From an uncultured Gammaproteobacteria bacterium (GTDB lineage Bacteria > Pseudomonadota > Gammaproteobacteria > Granulosicoccales > Granulosicoccaceae), in assembly GCA_963833195.1 (NCBI GenBank), contig CAWHXF010000014.1:32825-96824 (forward strand): 64,000 bases of DNA, written 5' to 3'. A model generated the notes under the pieces. The model was not told where the DNA came from and made no database searches. It saw only the letters and a program-made list of their open reading frames with translations. A program made the position numbers and the translations under genes. Position 1 is the first letter of the stretch; each line of letters starts with the position of its first letter. This document shows, piece after piece, positions 1 to 9,709 of this stretch.

Positions 1-1317
1 GTCGACATCCGCGCCGGAGACGCTGCCGAATCTCGCCCGCACGTAGCTGCTCACGTCGGCGATCTGCTGCCGGCTCAGCTCGCCCTCGAACCCGGGCATC
101 AGGGGCGTGCGCGGCAGGGTCCGGTAGGGCGCGCCGGAGGCGATGACCTTGATGAGGTTGTCCGGACGCTGACGCCGCACCCCGCTGTTGCCCGCGAGCG
201 CCGGGTAGTAGGCGGACGTCTGCCCACCGCCGTCGACGCCGTGACAGGAGGCGCAGTTGCGCAGGTACAGCGCCTCCGCGCCATCGCCCCGCACGCGCTC
301 GAGCGCATCGCCGAGCTCGCGGCGGATCTGGCCGACCTCGTGCACGTGGCGGGTCCGCTCCCCGGGCGGCGGGAACGGCGACGCCCCGTCGGGATCGCCC
401 CCCTGACCGGGTACCGTCTTCAGGTAGCTCGCCATCGCCAGGCGATCCTCGTCGGTGAGATGGTGGGTGCTGCGCGAGACCACCTCGCCCATCGGCCCGA
501 CCGCCTGCGCGAAGTCGCCCCCGTGTCCGGTGCGCAGGAATTCCACGATCTCCCCGCGCGTCCAGGTGCCGATCCCGGCCGTCGCGTCGGCGGTGATGTT
601 CGGCGCGTACCAGCCGTCGACGACCGCGCCGGAGAGGTACTCGTCGTCCGCCGTCGCCATCATGGCGTTGCGCGGGGTGTGGCAGGTGCCGCAATGCCCG
701 AGGGTGTCCACGAGATACCGGCCGCGCCGTTCGGTGGCGTCGAGGGCGGAGTCGTCGTCCGCGTCGCCGAGGTTCACGGCGTTCCAGAAGTACATCAGGA
801 AGCGCATGTCGAACGGGAAGTCGAGATCGGTTTCTCGCTCGGGCGCCTCGTCCACCGCGGGCACCGTCATGAGGTAGTCGTACAGCGCGGCGATGTCCTC
901 GTCCTCCATGTCGTGGTAGGCGGGGTACGGCATCGCCGGGTAGAGCTTCCGGCCCGGTGCCTTGCCGTCGCGCAGCACGGCCCTCAGGTCGTCGACGTCG
1001 TAGTCGCCGATGCCGAACCGCGAGGACGAGGTGATGTTGGACGCGACGATGTCCCCGAGCGGCGTGCCGATCGGCCGGCCGCCCGCGTACGGCTGCCCGT
1101 CGACGCCGGCGTGGCAGGACATGCAATCGGCCGCGCGCGCGATGTATTCGCCGCGCGATACGGCGTCGTCGGTACCGGATCCGTCCTGCGACCCGGAGGG
1201 CCGGGCACCGGAGGCGGTGGCCGCGTCCCCCGATTCGGACGCCGACGCGACGGGCCCCGCGGCACCGATTCCGCCAAGGTACAGGAGCGCTAGTACCGGG
1301 ATCGCGGTGAAGCGCAT
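1..1317 (-). CDS. Triheme cytochrome c (membrane-bound dehydrogenase cytochrome subunit family); 3' end runs off the window
   Basis: ATG at 1317 (MRFTAIPVLALLYLGG, signal-like). One open frame with three CxxCH motifs (CMSCH, CGTCH, CASCH) plus family motifs LYPAMPY and GWYAPNIT. Absent from the ORF track because there is no stop in the window. Confidence 0.88.
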   Translation of the reverse strand, partial: MRFTAIPVLALLYLGGIGAAGPVASASESGDAATASGARPSGSQDGSGTDDAVSRGEYIARAADCMSCHAGVDGQPYAGGRPIGTPLGDIVASNITSSSRFGIGDYDVDDLRAVLRDGKAPGRKLYPAMPYPAYHDMEDEDIAALYDYLMTVPAVDEAPERETDLDFPFDMRFLMYFWNAVNLGDADDDSALDATERRGRYLVDTLGHCGTCHTPRNAMMATADDEYLSGAVVDGWYAPNITADATAGIGTWTRGEIVEFLRTGHGGDFAQAVGPMGEVVSRSTHHLTDEDRLAMASYLKTVPGQGGDPDGASPFPPPGERTRHVHEVGQIRRELGDALERVRGDGAEALYLRNCASCHGVDGGGQTSAYYPALAGNSGVRRQRPDNLIKVIASGAPYRTLPRTPLMPGFEGELSRQQIADVSSYVRARFGSVSGADVD

Positions 1318-1321
1318 GGCG

Positions 1322-1918
1322 TCATGCCATCCTCGAGCGCACGATGCCGCTCACGCCGTCGAACACGAACGTCGCGCCGACGATCAGGCCGAGGATCACG
1401 AGCGAGCTGCCGGGCAGCCCGCCGAAGATCATCGCCCCCGCCACGATGCTGACGATGGCGGAGGCCAGCACCCAGCCCCAGCCGGCGGCCGGGCGCAGCG
1501 AGAACGCACCGACGACGCCGAACAGGCCGTCGACGACGAAGAGCGCCGCCACGACCAAGGTCAGCGCCACCGCGCCGCCGAGCGGGTTCGACACGAGATA
1601 CCCCCCGACCAGGATGCGCAGCACGCCGATCGCGAACAGTGCGAAGCGCATGCCCGTGTAGCGATGGCTGAACGCGCCGGCCAGCCCCGCGATGCCGGCG
1701 ACGATGAAGAGCCAGCCGACGAAGGCCGCGCTCACGAGCGTCGCCACCAGCGGGAACGCCACGGCGAGCAGCCCGATCACGAGCATGCCGATGCCGACCC
1801 ACAGCAGCTTGCCGCGATCGGTGCCGCCGGGCACGTCCGCCACCGGGTCGTTGCGTGCGGCGTGGTTGCGTGCGGCGTCGGTTCGCACGGCGTCTTCTCG
1901 TAGTGTCTGCGAGCTCAT
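1322..1918 (-). CDS. HdeD/DUF308 family membrane protein
   Basis: About six hydrophobic helices with the GxLxxxxP and GWGW patterns of DUF308. ATG at 1918 follows GGAG. Confidence 0.8.
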   Translation of the reverse strand: MSSQTLREDAVRTDAARNHAARNDPVADVPGGTDRGKLLWVGIGMLVIGLLAVAFPLVATLVSAAFVGWLFIVAGIAGLAGAFSHRYTGMRFALFAIGVLRILVGGYLVSNPLGGAVALTLVVAALFVVDGLFGVVGAFSLRPAAGWGWVLASAIVSIVAGAMIFGGLPGSSLVILGLIVGATFVFDGVSGIVRSRMA

Positions 1919-2012
1919 GGAGCGTCTCCGGATGGGCCACGGGCGAGGACGATGTTTCCCGAGGCCTGCGGCGCCGGGACAATGTCCGTCCACGTCGGCA
2001 TCCTCCGCCCGT

Positions 2013-2062
2013 CCGATGCGTCCGACCAGCACCCGATGCGGAACGCATCGGTCCGTCCGCGG
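2013..2062 (+). repeat. Copy 1 of dispersed intergenic element (hairpin plus GGAACGCATCGGTCCGTCCGCGG)
   Basis: Core 2040-2062 matches the other copies with one substitution. 5' arm CCGATGCGTCCG (2013-2024) pairs with CGGA-A-CGCATCGG. Confidence 0.8.
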
Positions 2063-2170
2063 TACGTCGATCGTGTCAACCTGCGGCTCGCAGGACGCCG
2101 ATGCCGAGGCCCGGTCGAGATCCCCGGTCGAATCATCGTGCCCGAGCGGCCTCTACCCGCGCCCCATCGC

Positions 2171-3241
2171 ATGCAGACTCCGAACCTGCCCGTCGACACC
2201 GACTCCGTTCGCGGCGCGTGCGCGCGCCCCGTCGCGGGCTTGCTCCTCGCGGGCCTGCTCCTCATGGGGTCGACTTCCCCGAGCGGCGCCGACACCGGGC
2301 GCAGCATGTTCGACCCCGCCGGCCCCGTCGCCGCGGCCCAGCTCGCGCACTTCTGGCAGGTCGTCGGTCTCGTCTCGATCGTCGTCGTGCCCGCGATCCT
2401 GCTCGCGCCGTTCCTGGCGTGGCGCTACCGTCACACGGGCAGCGCGCGCTACACGCCGCGCTGGGACTTCAGCTGGCCCGTCGAGATCGTGCTGTGGGGG
2501 GTGCCCTCGGCCATTGTCGCGACGCTCGCGGTGCTGCTCTGGGACAGCGTCCACGAGCTCGATCCCTACCGGCCCATCGCCTCGGTCCAGGCCCCGACGC
2601 GGGTGCAGGCCATCGGCCAGGACTGGCGCTGGATCTTCGTCTATCCCGACGAGGGCATCGCGAGCGTCGGCGAGCTGGCCTTCCCGGCCGACCGCCCCGT
2701 CGCCATGCAGCTCACCGCCACCGACGTGATGAATTCCCTGCTGATTCCCTCGCTCGCGGGCCAGATCTACGCCATGGCGGGCATGACCACGCGGCTGCAC
2801 CTCGCCGCCGATGCGCCGGGCACCTTCATCGGCGAGAACACGCAGTACAGCGGCGTCGGCTTCCAGGAGCAGAAGTTCGTCGCGCGCGCGATGAGCGAGC
2901 CCGACTACGCCGCCTGGCTGGACGAGGCGCGCGCGAACGGCGTCCCCTGGGGCAATGCGGTGCGCGACGCCCTCGCCGAGCGTGCGACCAAGGCGGAGCT
3001 CGCGAGGCGGCTGGGGCTCGAGCCGCAGGCGCCGCCGGGCTCCCCCGCGGACGAGCTCACCGGCGAGAACGCGATCGCGGCGAACGATGCCTACGCGGCG
3101 TTCACGATCACCGACGTGCCGCCCGACCTGTTCACCGAAGCGGTCGCGCGCTACGCGCACGGGCACGGCGCCGCCGACGAGCGGGCGGACGCTGCGTATC
3201 CGGACGACGACTACATGTGCCTGGCGAGCGAAGCGCGATGA
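2171..3241 (+). CDS. cyoA: Ubiquinol oxidase subunit II
   Basis: DPAGPVA, YTPRWDFSWPVE, LDPYRP, DWRWIFVYP, VMNSLLIPSLAGQIYAMAGM. No CuA ligands. ATGA overlap with the next gene. Confidence 0.9.
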   Translation: MQTPNLPVDTDSVRGACARPVAGLLLAGLLLMGSTSPSGADTGRSMFDPAGPVAAAQLAHFWQVVGLVSIVVVPAILLAPFLAWRYRHTGSARYTPRWDFSWPVEIVLWGVPSAIVATLAVLLWDSVHELDPYRPIASVQAPTRVQAIGQDWRWIFVYPDEGIASVGELAFPADRPVAMQLTATDVMNSLLIPSLAGQIYAMAGMTTRLHLAADAPGTFIGENTQYSGVGFQEQKFVARAMSEPDYAAWLDEARANGVPWGNAVRDALAERATKAELARRLGLEPQAPPGSPADELTGENAIAANDAYAAFTITDVPPDLFTEAVARYAHGHGAADERADAAYPDDDYMCLASEAR

Positions 3242-5359
3242 GCGAGCACGCGATCTTCGGCCGGCTGGGTCTCGACGCCCTGCCCTTCTGGGACATGCTC
3301 GTCGATCCCACGCGCGAGAACATCGTCAACGGCATCATCGCGTCGGGAGCGGGTGGCCTCGTGGTGGTCGGCGCAGTGGCCGTGGTGGCGCGTGCTGACG
3401 TGGAAGCGCTGGTGGAGACCGCTGTGGTCGGACTGGCTCACCTCGCTCGATCACAAGCGGATCGGCATCATGTACGTCGTCGTCGCGCTCGTGATGCTGA
3501 CGCGCGCGCTGATCGAGGCGGTGATGATGCGCACCCAGCAGGCGGTCGGGACTCGGCGGCGGCTTCCTGTCGCCGGAGCACTTCGGCGCAGCTGTTCACG
3601 CACGCACGGCTCGATCATGATCTTCTTCATGGCCATGCCGTTCCTGACGGGGCTCATCAACTACGTGGTGCCGCTGCAGATCGGGGCGCGCGACGTGTCG
3701 TTCCCGCTGCTGAACTCGGTCGGGCTGGCACTCACCGCGGCGGGCGCGGCCCTGGTGATGATCTCGCTCGTCTTCGGCACAGTTCTCGACCGGCGGCTGG
3801 TCGGGCTATCCCGCCCTACACCGGCCGTGCCTACAGCCCCGGCGTCGGGCCCGGACTACTGGATCTGGGCGGTGACGCTGGCCGGAATCGGCACGACGCT
3901 GTCCGGGCATCAACTTCGCCGTGACGATCTACAAGGAACGCGCGCCCGGGCATGACGCTGCATGCGCATGCCGCTGTTCTGCTGGACCTCGCTCTGCGTG
4001 GCGATCCTGATGATCTTCGCGCTGCCGCCGCTGACGGTGGCGACGGCCCTGCTGGCGCTCGACCGCTACCTCGACTTCCACTTGTTCACGAACGATCTCG
4101 GCGGCAACATGATGAACTACGCCAACCTCTTCTGGCTGTTCGGCCATCCCGAGGTCTACATCCTCGTGCTGCCCGCCTTCGGCGTCTATTCGGAGGTGTT
4201 CTCGACGTTCTCGGGCAAGCGGCTGTACGGCTACCGTGCGCTGGTGATCGCGACGATGTGCATCGCGGTGCTGTCGTTCACCGTGTGGCTGCACCACTTC
4301 TTCACGATGGGCCAGTCGCGCGGCGGTGAACGCCGCCTTCGGCATCGCCACGATGCTCATCGGCATCCCGACCGGCGTGAAGATCTACGACTGGCTGCTG
4401 ACGATGTACCGGGGACGGGTCCGGCTCACGGTGCCGATGATCTACGCGCTCGGCTTCATCGCGCTGTTCGTGATCGGCGGCGTGACCGGCATCATGCTCG
4501 CCAACCCGACGCTCGACTATGTCAGGTCCACAACACGCTGTTCCTGGTCGCGCACTTCCACAACATGCTGATCCCGGGGACGCTGTTCGGCATGCTCGCG
4601 GGACTCAACTTCTGGTTGCCGAAGGCGTTCGGCTTCCGGCTCGACGAGCGCTGGGGACGGATCTCGGCGCTGTTGCTGGGTGGTCGGCTTCATGCTCGCC
4701 TTCTTCCCGCTGTACGTGCTGGGGCTGCATGGGCATGCCGCGCCGCTCGGTCGCCTTCATCGAGTCCGCCTACGTGCCGTGGACGGTCGTCGCGCTTCGT
4801 CGGCGCGCTGGTGTTGCTGTTCGCGCTCGTCGCGCTCTTCGTGCAGATCTGGGTCGCGATACGCGACCGGGACGAGCTGCGCGTGCCGGCCGGGGATCCC
4901 TGGGACGGGCGCTCGCTCGAATGGTCGAGCGTCCGCGCCGCCGCCCGAGTGGAACTTCGCCGCGTGCCCGAGGTGCGAGGGCGCGACCAGTTCATGCGCG
5001 CCAAGGAGGCGGCACCGCCTACGACGCGCCCGCCGCCTACGGGGACATCGAGCTGCCGCGGAGCAGCGCGCTCGGCCCGGTGGTCGCGCGTGCGCCGGTT
5101 CCGGCATCGCGCTTCGCCCTCGTGTGGCACATGTGGTGGCTCGCGATCGCGGGCTGCGCGGCGTGCTCGTCGACGCCATCGTCGCGCGCGGCTTCGCGCG
5201 CGACACGCACCGCACGGTGCCCGCGGCGACCGTGCGCGCCGAGACCGAGCGCTGGCTCGCGCGGTGGCGCGCGACGCCGCACGGTGACGCGGCCGTCGAG
5301 GAGACAGCGCGGCGAACACCGGGCTGCGCGGTGCCGGCACCGCCGGAGCCGTCCAGTGA
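3238..5359 (+). CDS. cyoB: Ubiquinol oxidase subunit I, multiple frameshifts (assembly errors or pseudogene); end approximate
   Basis: [49 protein letters not shown] and [11 protein letters not shown], spread over several frames. Confidence 0.85.
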
Positions 5360-5390
5360 GCGTCGCGCGCGAATGCGCCGACGAGCGACG

Positions 5391-6020
5391 ATGCGCACGA
5401 GCGACGCTCCGAAGCACCCCGGCCTGAACCTCGGCGCGGCGCACGGCCAGCGCGCACGCGCACGCCGAGACGCTGGTGTTCGGCTTCTGGGTGTTCATGA
5501 TGAGCGACGTGGTGCTGTTCGGCCTCCTCTTCGCCACCTACGTGACCATGCTCGGCGCGACGGCCGGCGGCCCGGTCCGAAGGAGCTGTTCGAGCTGGGC
5601 ACCGCGTTCGTGGAGACGCTGGTGCTGCTCGCGTCCTCCGTTCACCTTTGGCATGGCCTCGCTGCGATGAAGTACGCGCCACGGCGCGGGCCGCGTGCTG
5701 CTGTGGCTCGGCGTCACGCTCGCGCTCGGGCTCGGTGTTCCTCGCGCTGGAGTGGCGCGACTTCGCGGCGATGATCGACAGGGGTGGCGTATCCGTCCCG
5801 TTCGGGATACCTGTCGGCGTTCTGCACGCTGGTGCCGCTGCACGGGCTGCACGTGGCGGCGCCGCCTGTGGATGTGCGCGATCGCTGGCGCAGATCGTGG
5901 CGCTACGGCCTCGACGACGACGTCAAGACATCGGCGTGCTGCGGCTCGGCATCCTGTGGCACTTCCTGGACGTCGTCTGGGTCGCGCATCTTCTCGGTCG
6001 TCTATCTCGGGGCTCGCTGA
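5391..6020 (+). CDS. cyoC: Ubiquinol oxidase subunit III, frameshifted
   Basis: FGFWVFMMSDVVLFGLLFATY, LVPLHGLHV and WHFLDVVWV in different frames. Confidence 0.82.
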
Positions 6021-6029
6021 GGCGCTGGG

Positions 6030-6416
6030 CGTCGAGCGACACGGCGAAGGCGACGCTACGCGCCACCGGTCGAGAGCGAGCGACGAGGCGGGCCGGCCGA
6101 GACGGCGCTCCGATCTCGTGGACTTTCGTGCTCGGGCTGTCGGGTGCTGACCGCGATCCCGTTCGCGCCTGGTCTGGCGTCGACGCCATCGGTCGCACCG
6201 CGACGCTGTGGTGATCGGCTGCGCTCGCGCTCGTGCAGGTGGTCGTGCACTTTCGCTTCTTCCTGCACATCGACCTGTCGCGACAGAAGCGCGAGGACCT
6301 GCAGCTGATCCTGTTCACGATCGCTGATCCTGATACTGATGTGCGGCGGCACGATCTGGATTCTCTACAACCTGTACTCGCGCATGGCGCCCGGGATGAT
6401 GCCGGGGACGGGGTAG
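6030..6416 (+). CDS. cyoD: Ubiquinol oxidase subunit IV, frameshifted; start approximate
   Basis: VQVVVHFRFFLHIDL and GGTIWILYNL; TAG at 6414-6416; last gene of the operon. Confidence 0.75.
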
Positions 6417-6478
6417 GCCCCGTCACGATGCCGGGGCGGGCCCCCGTTCCGGGGCCGCTCCGACGCTTCAGCCCGCGA

Positions 6479-7708
6479 TCACGAACCCGTCCGTCGGCAG
6501 CGCGGCATGCGCGACAGGTCGACCTCCAGGTCCTGCGGCGGCACCGAGTAGCCGACGTCGAGCAGCAGCCGCACGGCCTCCTCCATCAATCGGATGGTCA
6601 TCCACTCGCCGGGACAGCGATGGCTGCCGAGGAAGTCGCCGCCGCCCTGGGGCACCATGTCGAAGGCACCGATCGTGCGTCCCTCGAAGCGCTCGGGCCG
6701 GAACGCCTCCGGCTCCTCCCACGCGCGCGGGTCGCGATTGGTGCCGTACAGGTCCAGCATCACCCAGTCGTTCTCCTCGAAGTGGTGGCCGTGCCAGTCG
6801 AGGGGTCGGCGCGCGCGCCCGGCGATGACGGGGAAGAACGGTGCGGTGCGCCGCACCTCCTGGACGAAGTGCGTGATCTCGGGAGCGTCCGACGGCGCGT
6901 CGCGCAGCTTGTCGCGCCATTCGGGGTGTCGGTGCAGCGCGAGCGCGAGGAACACGACGTAGCGCCCCACCGCCACCGTCGGGCGCAGCAGGTTGATGAG
7001 CTCCACGGCGGCGGTCTCCTCGTCCAGCGGCTCCCCCGAGAGGTCCACGTGCGAGGCCAGCGCGTGCACGGGCGTGCCCTCGGACGCGGCACCGTGCTCG
7101 CGCACGGCGGTGATGACCCCGCGCGCCCAGCGCTCGCACCGCTCGCGCAGGTAGCGCGCCTGCACGTAGTGCGGTCCGAACGAGGCCGCGTTGTCGATCA
7201 TATCGGACAGCTCGTGCGCGAGCACGCGCGTGCCCTCCTCGTCGCGCTTCACGCCCGTCCAGTCCAGGACGGCGTGCGTGAGCACCAGGCGCACCTCCTC
7301 GTGCAGCGCGACGGGTGCCGCGCCGTCCGCCCGCCAGCGCTCGAAGTGATCGGCCCAGCAGGCGCGGAACTGCCCGGCGATGCGCTCGAGCGAGTCCGGC
7401 CCCATCAGGTCCATGAACATCCGCTTGCGGTGGACGTGCGCCTCGCCGTCGAGGGCCTGCACGCTCGGCGTGCCCTGCAGCAAGCTCGTGACGGTCGGCG
7501 GCATGGCGTCCTGGCGCGTGAAGCGATCGTCGCCGTAGAACAGCTCGGCCGCGTCGCGCCCGCGCATGCAGACGATGTCCTTCAACAGCAGGCGCGCGCG
7601 GAACGCGTCGGTGTCGAGCTCGTCGCAGCGCTTTGACACGAACAGATAGCCATCGCGCAGGAAAGCGGGCGTGGCGTCGAAGGCGGGATCTCGAGGCAGT
7701 GCGGACAT
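6479..7708 (-). CDS. Cytochrome P450 fatty-acid peroxygenase (CYP152 family)
   Basis: NLLRPTVAV (Arg-Pro of peroxygenases), QEVRR (ExxR), PFFP, PQGGG and HRCPGE heme-thiolate motif. Confidence 0.92.
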   Translation of the reverse strand: MSALPRDPAFDATPAFLRDGYLFVSKRCDELDTDAFRARLLLKDIVCMRGRDAAELFYGDDRFTRQDAMPPTVTSLLQGTPSVQALDGEAHVHRKRMFMDLMGPDSLERIAGQFRACWADHFERWRADGAAPVALHEEVRLVLTHAVLDWTGVKRDEEGTRVLAHELSDMIDNAASFGPHYVQARYLRERCERWARGVITAVREHGAASEGTPVHALASHVDLSGEPLDEETAAVELINLLRPTVAVGRYVVFLALALHRHPEWRDKLRDAPSDAPEITHFVQEVRRTAPFFPVIAGRARRPLDWHGHHFEENDWVMLDLYGTNRDPRAWEEPEAFRPERFEGRTIGAFDMVPQGGGDFLGSHRCPGEWMTIRLMEEAVRLLLDVGYSVPPQDLEVDLSRMPRCRRTGS

Positions 7709-7778
7709 GTCGGTGCGGCTCGGTGGCACTCGTGCGGCATCTCACTCTGCGACCGACTCCGATGCGCCGCCAACGTCG

Positions 7779-7812
7779 TTGCAGGAACGCATCGATCCGT
7801 CCGCGGATCGCC
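7779..7812 (+). repeat. Copy 2 of dispersed element; 34-bp direct repeat to the left of the TA module
   Basis: TTGCAGGAACGCATCGATCCGTCCGCGGATCGCC, identical to 9613-9646. Confidence 0.92.
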
Positions 7813-7896
7813 TCGTGGTCGGCACGCTTGCCGGCCTTCCGGCATCGCATCCGACTCGATCGGGCCTCGACAGCCGGGAATACCGTGGTAGATTTT

Positions 7897-7920
7897 CTTC
7901 TCTAAATATATTTAGAGAAG
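7897..7920. promoter_or_regulatory. Perfect 24-bp AT-rich palindrome, likely TA autoregulatory operator
   Basis: CTTCTCTAAATA|TATTTAGAGAAG ends 2 nt before the toxin ATG. Confidence 0.75.
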
Positions 7921-7922
7921 TC

Positions 7923-8810
7923 ATGGCCAAGACGCTGCTCGGCGCCGAAGCGCAGTTCGAACTCCGTCAAGCGCTTCACGTGGCCACCCTCGATGCGCTG
8001 ATCGCATCGCGTCGGTGGCAGCCGGGCGAGCTCGTGTTCCAGGGCGGAACCAGCCTGCACCTGGCCCACGGCTCGCCGCGCTTCAGCGAAGATCTGGACT
8101 TTCTGGTCGACGATGCGCTGGACCTGGGCACCCTCGGTCGGTCGGTCCAGGCCCGGCTCGTCGGGACGCCGTGGTTGCCGAAGGGAACGAGTCTCGAGGT
8201 CACCAAGGCGAAGGACGATCGGAACCCCCACTCGTTCGTTGTCGTCGTGGGCGGGCCGAACGTGATCGGCGCCGTCCGGGTCAGGGTCGAGCTATGGCGG
8301 ACGAACAAGGAATCGATGTTGCCGCTGCGCGTCGGCGTGACACCCGTCAGGCTCGCCGGTGGCCCGGCCGCCGGCGCTCAGGCCTTCGTGCCGACCGCCG
8401 ATCTCCACGAAATCTTCGTCGACAAGGTGTTCGCGGTGGGTGCCCGCCCATACCTGAAGTCTCGCGATCTGTTCGACCTGCACTGGATCGTGGTGCGCAA
8501 CGAGGCGTTCGCGGTGACCGGGGACGCGATGCGGTTGCGCCTCGCGACCTATCCGAACGAGACGCCGGCCGCCTGGCTCGCGAAGGCACGATCGCGTGCC
8601 GACGATCTTCCCGCACGAGCCCCGGCCGTCGGCAAGGACCTGCGGCGCTGGTTGCCCTCCAGCTGGCCAATGGACGAAGCCGCCGCATCCGGGATGATCG
8701 ACGTGAGCGTGAAGGCGCTGCGCCGGGGCATTGCGGTCATGGAAGCGATCGAGCGGACCGACCGGGCCGGCGGCGAACGCGACGGCGATGCCCAGGGCGC
8801 ACGATCGTGA
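7923..8810 (+). CDS. AbiEii-family nucleotidyltransferase (type IV TA toxin)
   Basis: FQGGTSL, RFSEDLDF and DKVFA...RDLFDL motifs. Confidence 0.88.
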   Translation: MAKTLLGAEAQFELRQALHVATLDALIASRRWQPGELVFQGGTSLHLAHGSPRFSEDLDFLVDDALDLGTLGRSVQARLVGTPWLPKGTSLEVTKAKDDRNPHSFVVVVGGPNVIGAVRVRVELWRTNKESMLPLRVGVTPVRLAGGPAAGAQAFVPTADLHEIFVDKVFAVGARPYLKSRDLFDLHWIVVRNEAFAVTGDAMRLRLATYPNETPAAWLAKARSRADDLPARAPAVGKDLRRWLPSSWPMDEAAASGMIDVSVKALRRGIAVMEAIERTDRAGGERDGDAQGARS

Positions 8811-9439
8811 GGAAAGCCGCCATCTCGCCCGCTCGCCGGAACGTTTCGGCGTTCGATCGCTTGCGCAAGCTGCCCGCCTTGTTCCGCGGCTCGGACCTGA
8901 CGGTCCGACTGCAATGGGACTCGAAGAAGACGTCGCACTACCTCTGGCTGTGGAAGCGGCGAAACCTCGTGCGGCCGCTCGGTGGCCACAGCGACGTGTT
9001 CGCCAACCTCGTCGTCGACGCGCGGCCGAACTGGGAAGCCGCCCTGCTCCTCGCACGCCCGAGCGCCGTGATCGTCGGCGTCGAGTGCCTGCGGCGCGCC
9101 GGCTGGACCACCCAGATCCCTCACCGGCCGGAAGTGGCCGTGGACGCCTCGCTGCCGATGATCTCCACGGAACACTTCGACGTGGAGCGCCGCCCCGATG
9201 CGTGGTTCGCGGCCATCGCACCGGGTCTGATCGAGGACGATACCGCCAGCATCGATCCGGCCTCGCGCAGCGCGCCGTCGCTGCGTCCGGCCTGGGCACT
9301 CGTCGACCTGCTGGCACGCGCGGACCGAAATGCCTGCGCACTGGCGCCGGACGACATCGACTGGAGCATGGTCACGCCCCGGGAGCGCGAGGATCGAGTG
9401 GCCGCCGAGGCGGCGCTCGGGGTGGTGCCGGGCAGGTAG
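8807..9439 (+). CDS. Putative AbiEi-like antitoxin / regulator
   Basis: GTGA overlap with the toxin stop. Basic, HTH-like N-terminus; PSAVIVGVECLRRAGWTTQIP resembles the AbiEi C-terminal S..SAL..hG...QiP pattern. Confidence 0.6.
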   Translation: MRKAAISPARRNVSAFDRLRKLPALFRGSDLTVRLQWDSKKTSHYLWLWKRRNLVRPLGGHSDVFANLVVDARPNWEAALLLARPSAVIVGVECLRRAGWTTQIPHRPEVAVDASLPMISTEHFDVERRPDAWFAAIAPGLIEDDTASIDPASRSAPSLRPAWALVDLLARADRNACALAPDDIDWSMVTPREREDRVAAEAALGVVPGR

Positions 9440-9549
9440 CCGGTACGTTCACGGCCCGACCCGCGAGACCCCGGTCGAGCGGACGCACGAACAGGGGCCA
9501 TCGTTGGCTTGCGAGTCCCCACGACGAGTATCACGACCGACGCCGAGCC

Positions 9550-9578
9550 GAGCATCGGCCGAAGTTCGGCCGATGCTC
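9550..9578. terminator. Perfect 14-bp inverted repeat downstream of the TA pair
   Basis: GAGCATCGGCCGAA-G-TTCGGCCGATGCTC. No U-tract, so the terminator role is uncertain. Confidence 0.45.
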
Positions 9579-9612
9579 CGCGTCGGCTCGGCCGGGGCCG
9601 TCACCGACGCGC

Positions 9613-9646
9613 TTGCAGGAACGCATCGATCCGTCCGCGGATCGCC
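9613..9646 (+). repeat. Copy 3 of dispersed element; 34-bp direct repeat to the right of the TA module
   Basis: Identical to 7779-7812. Confidence 0.92.
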
Positions 9647-9709
9647 CGGTACTCGACGTGCTTGCTAGCGTGAACCCTCCCCATTTTCGCCGAATCCGAG
9701 GGTAATACG

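Noticed and set aside
7779-7812. 34-bp repeat as a loxP-like target of the Cre-like recombinase
   Set aside because: The length matches, but it lacks the 13-8-13 inverted symmetry. No evidence links it to the recombinase.
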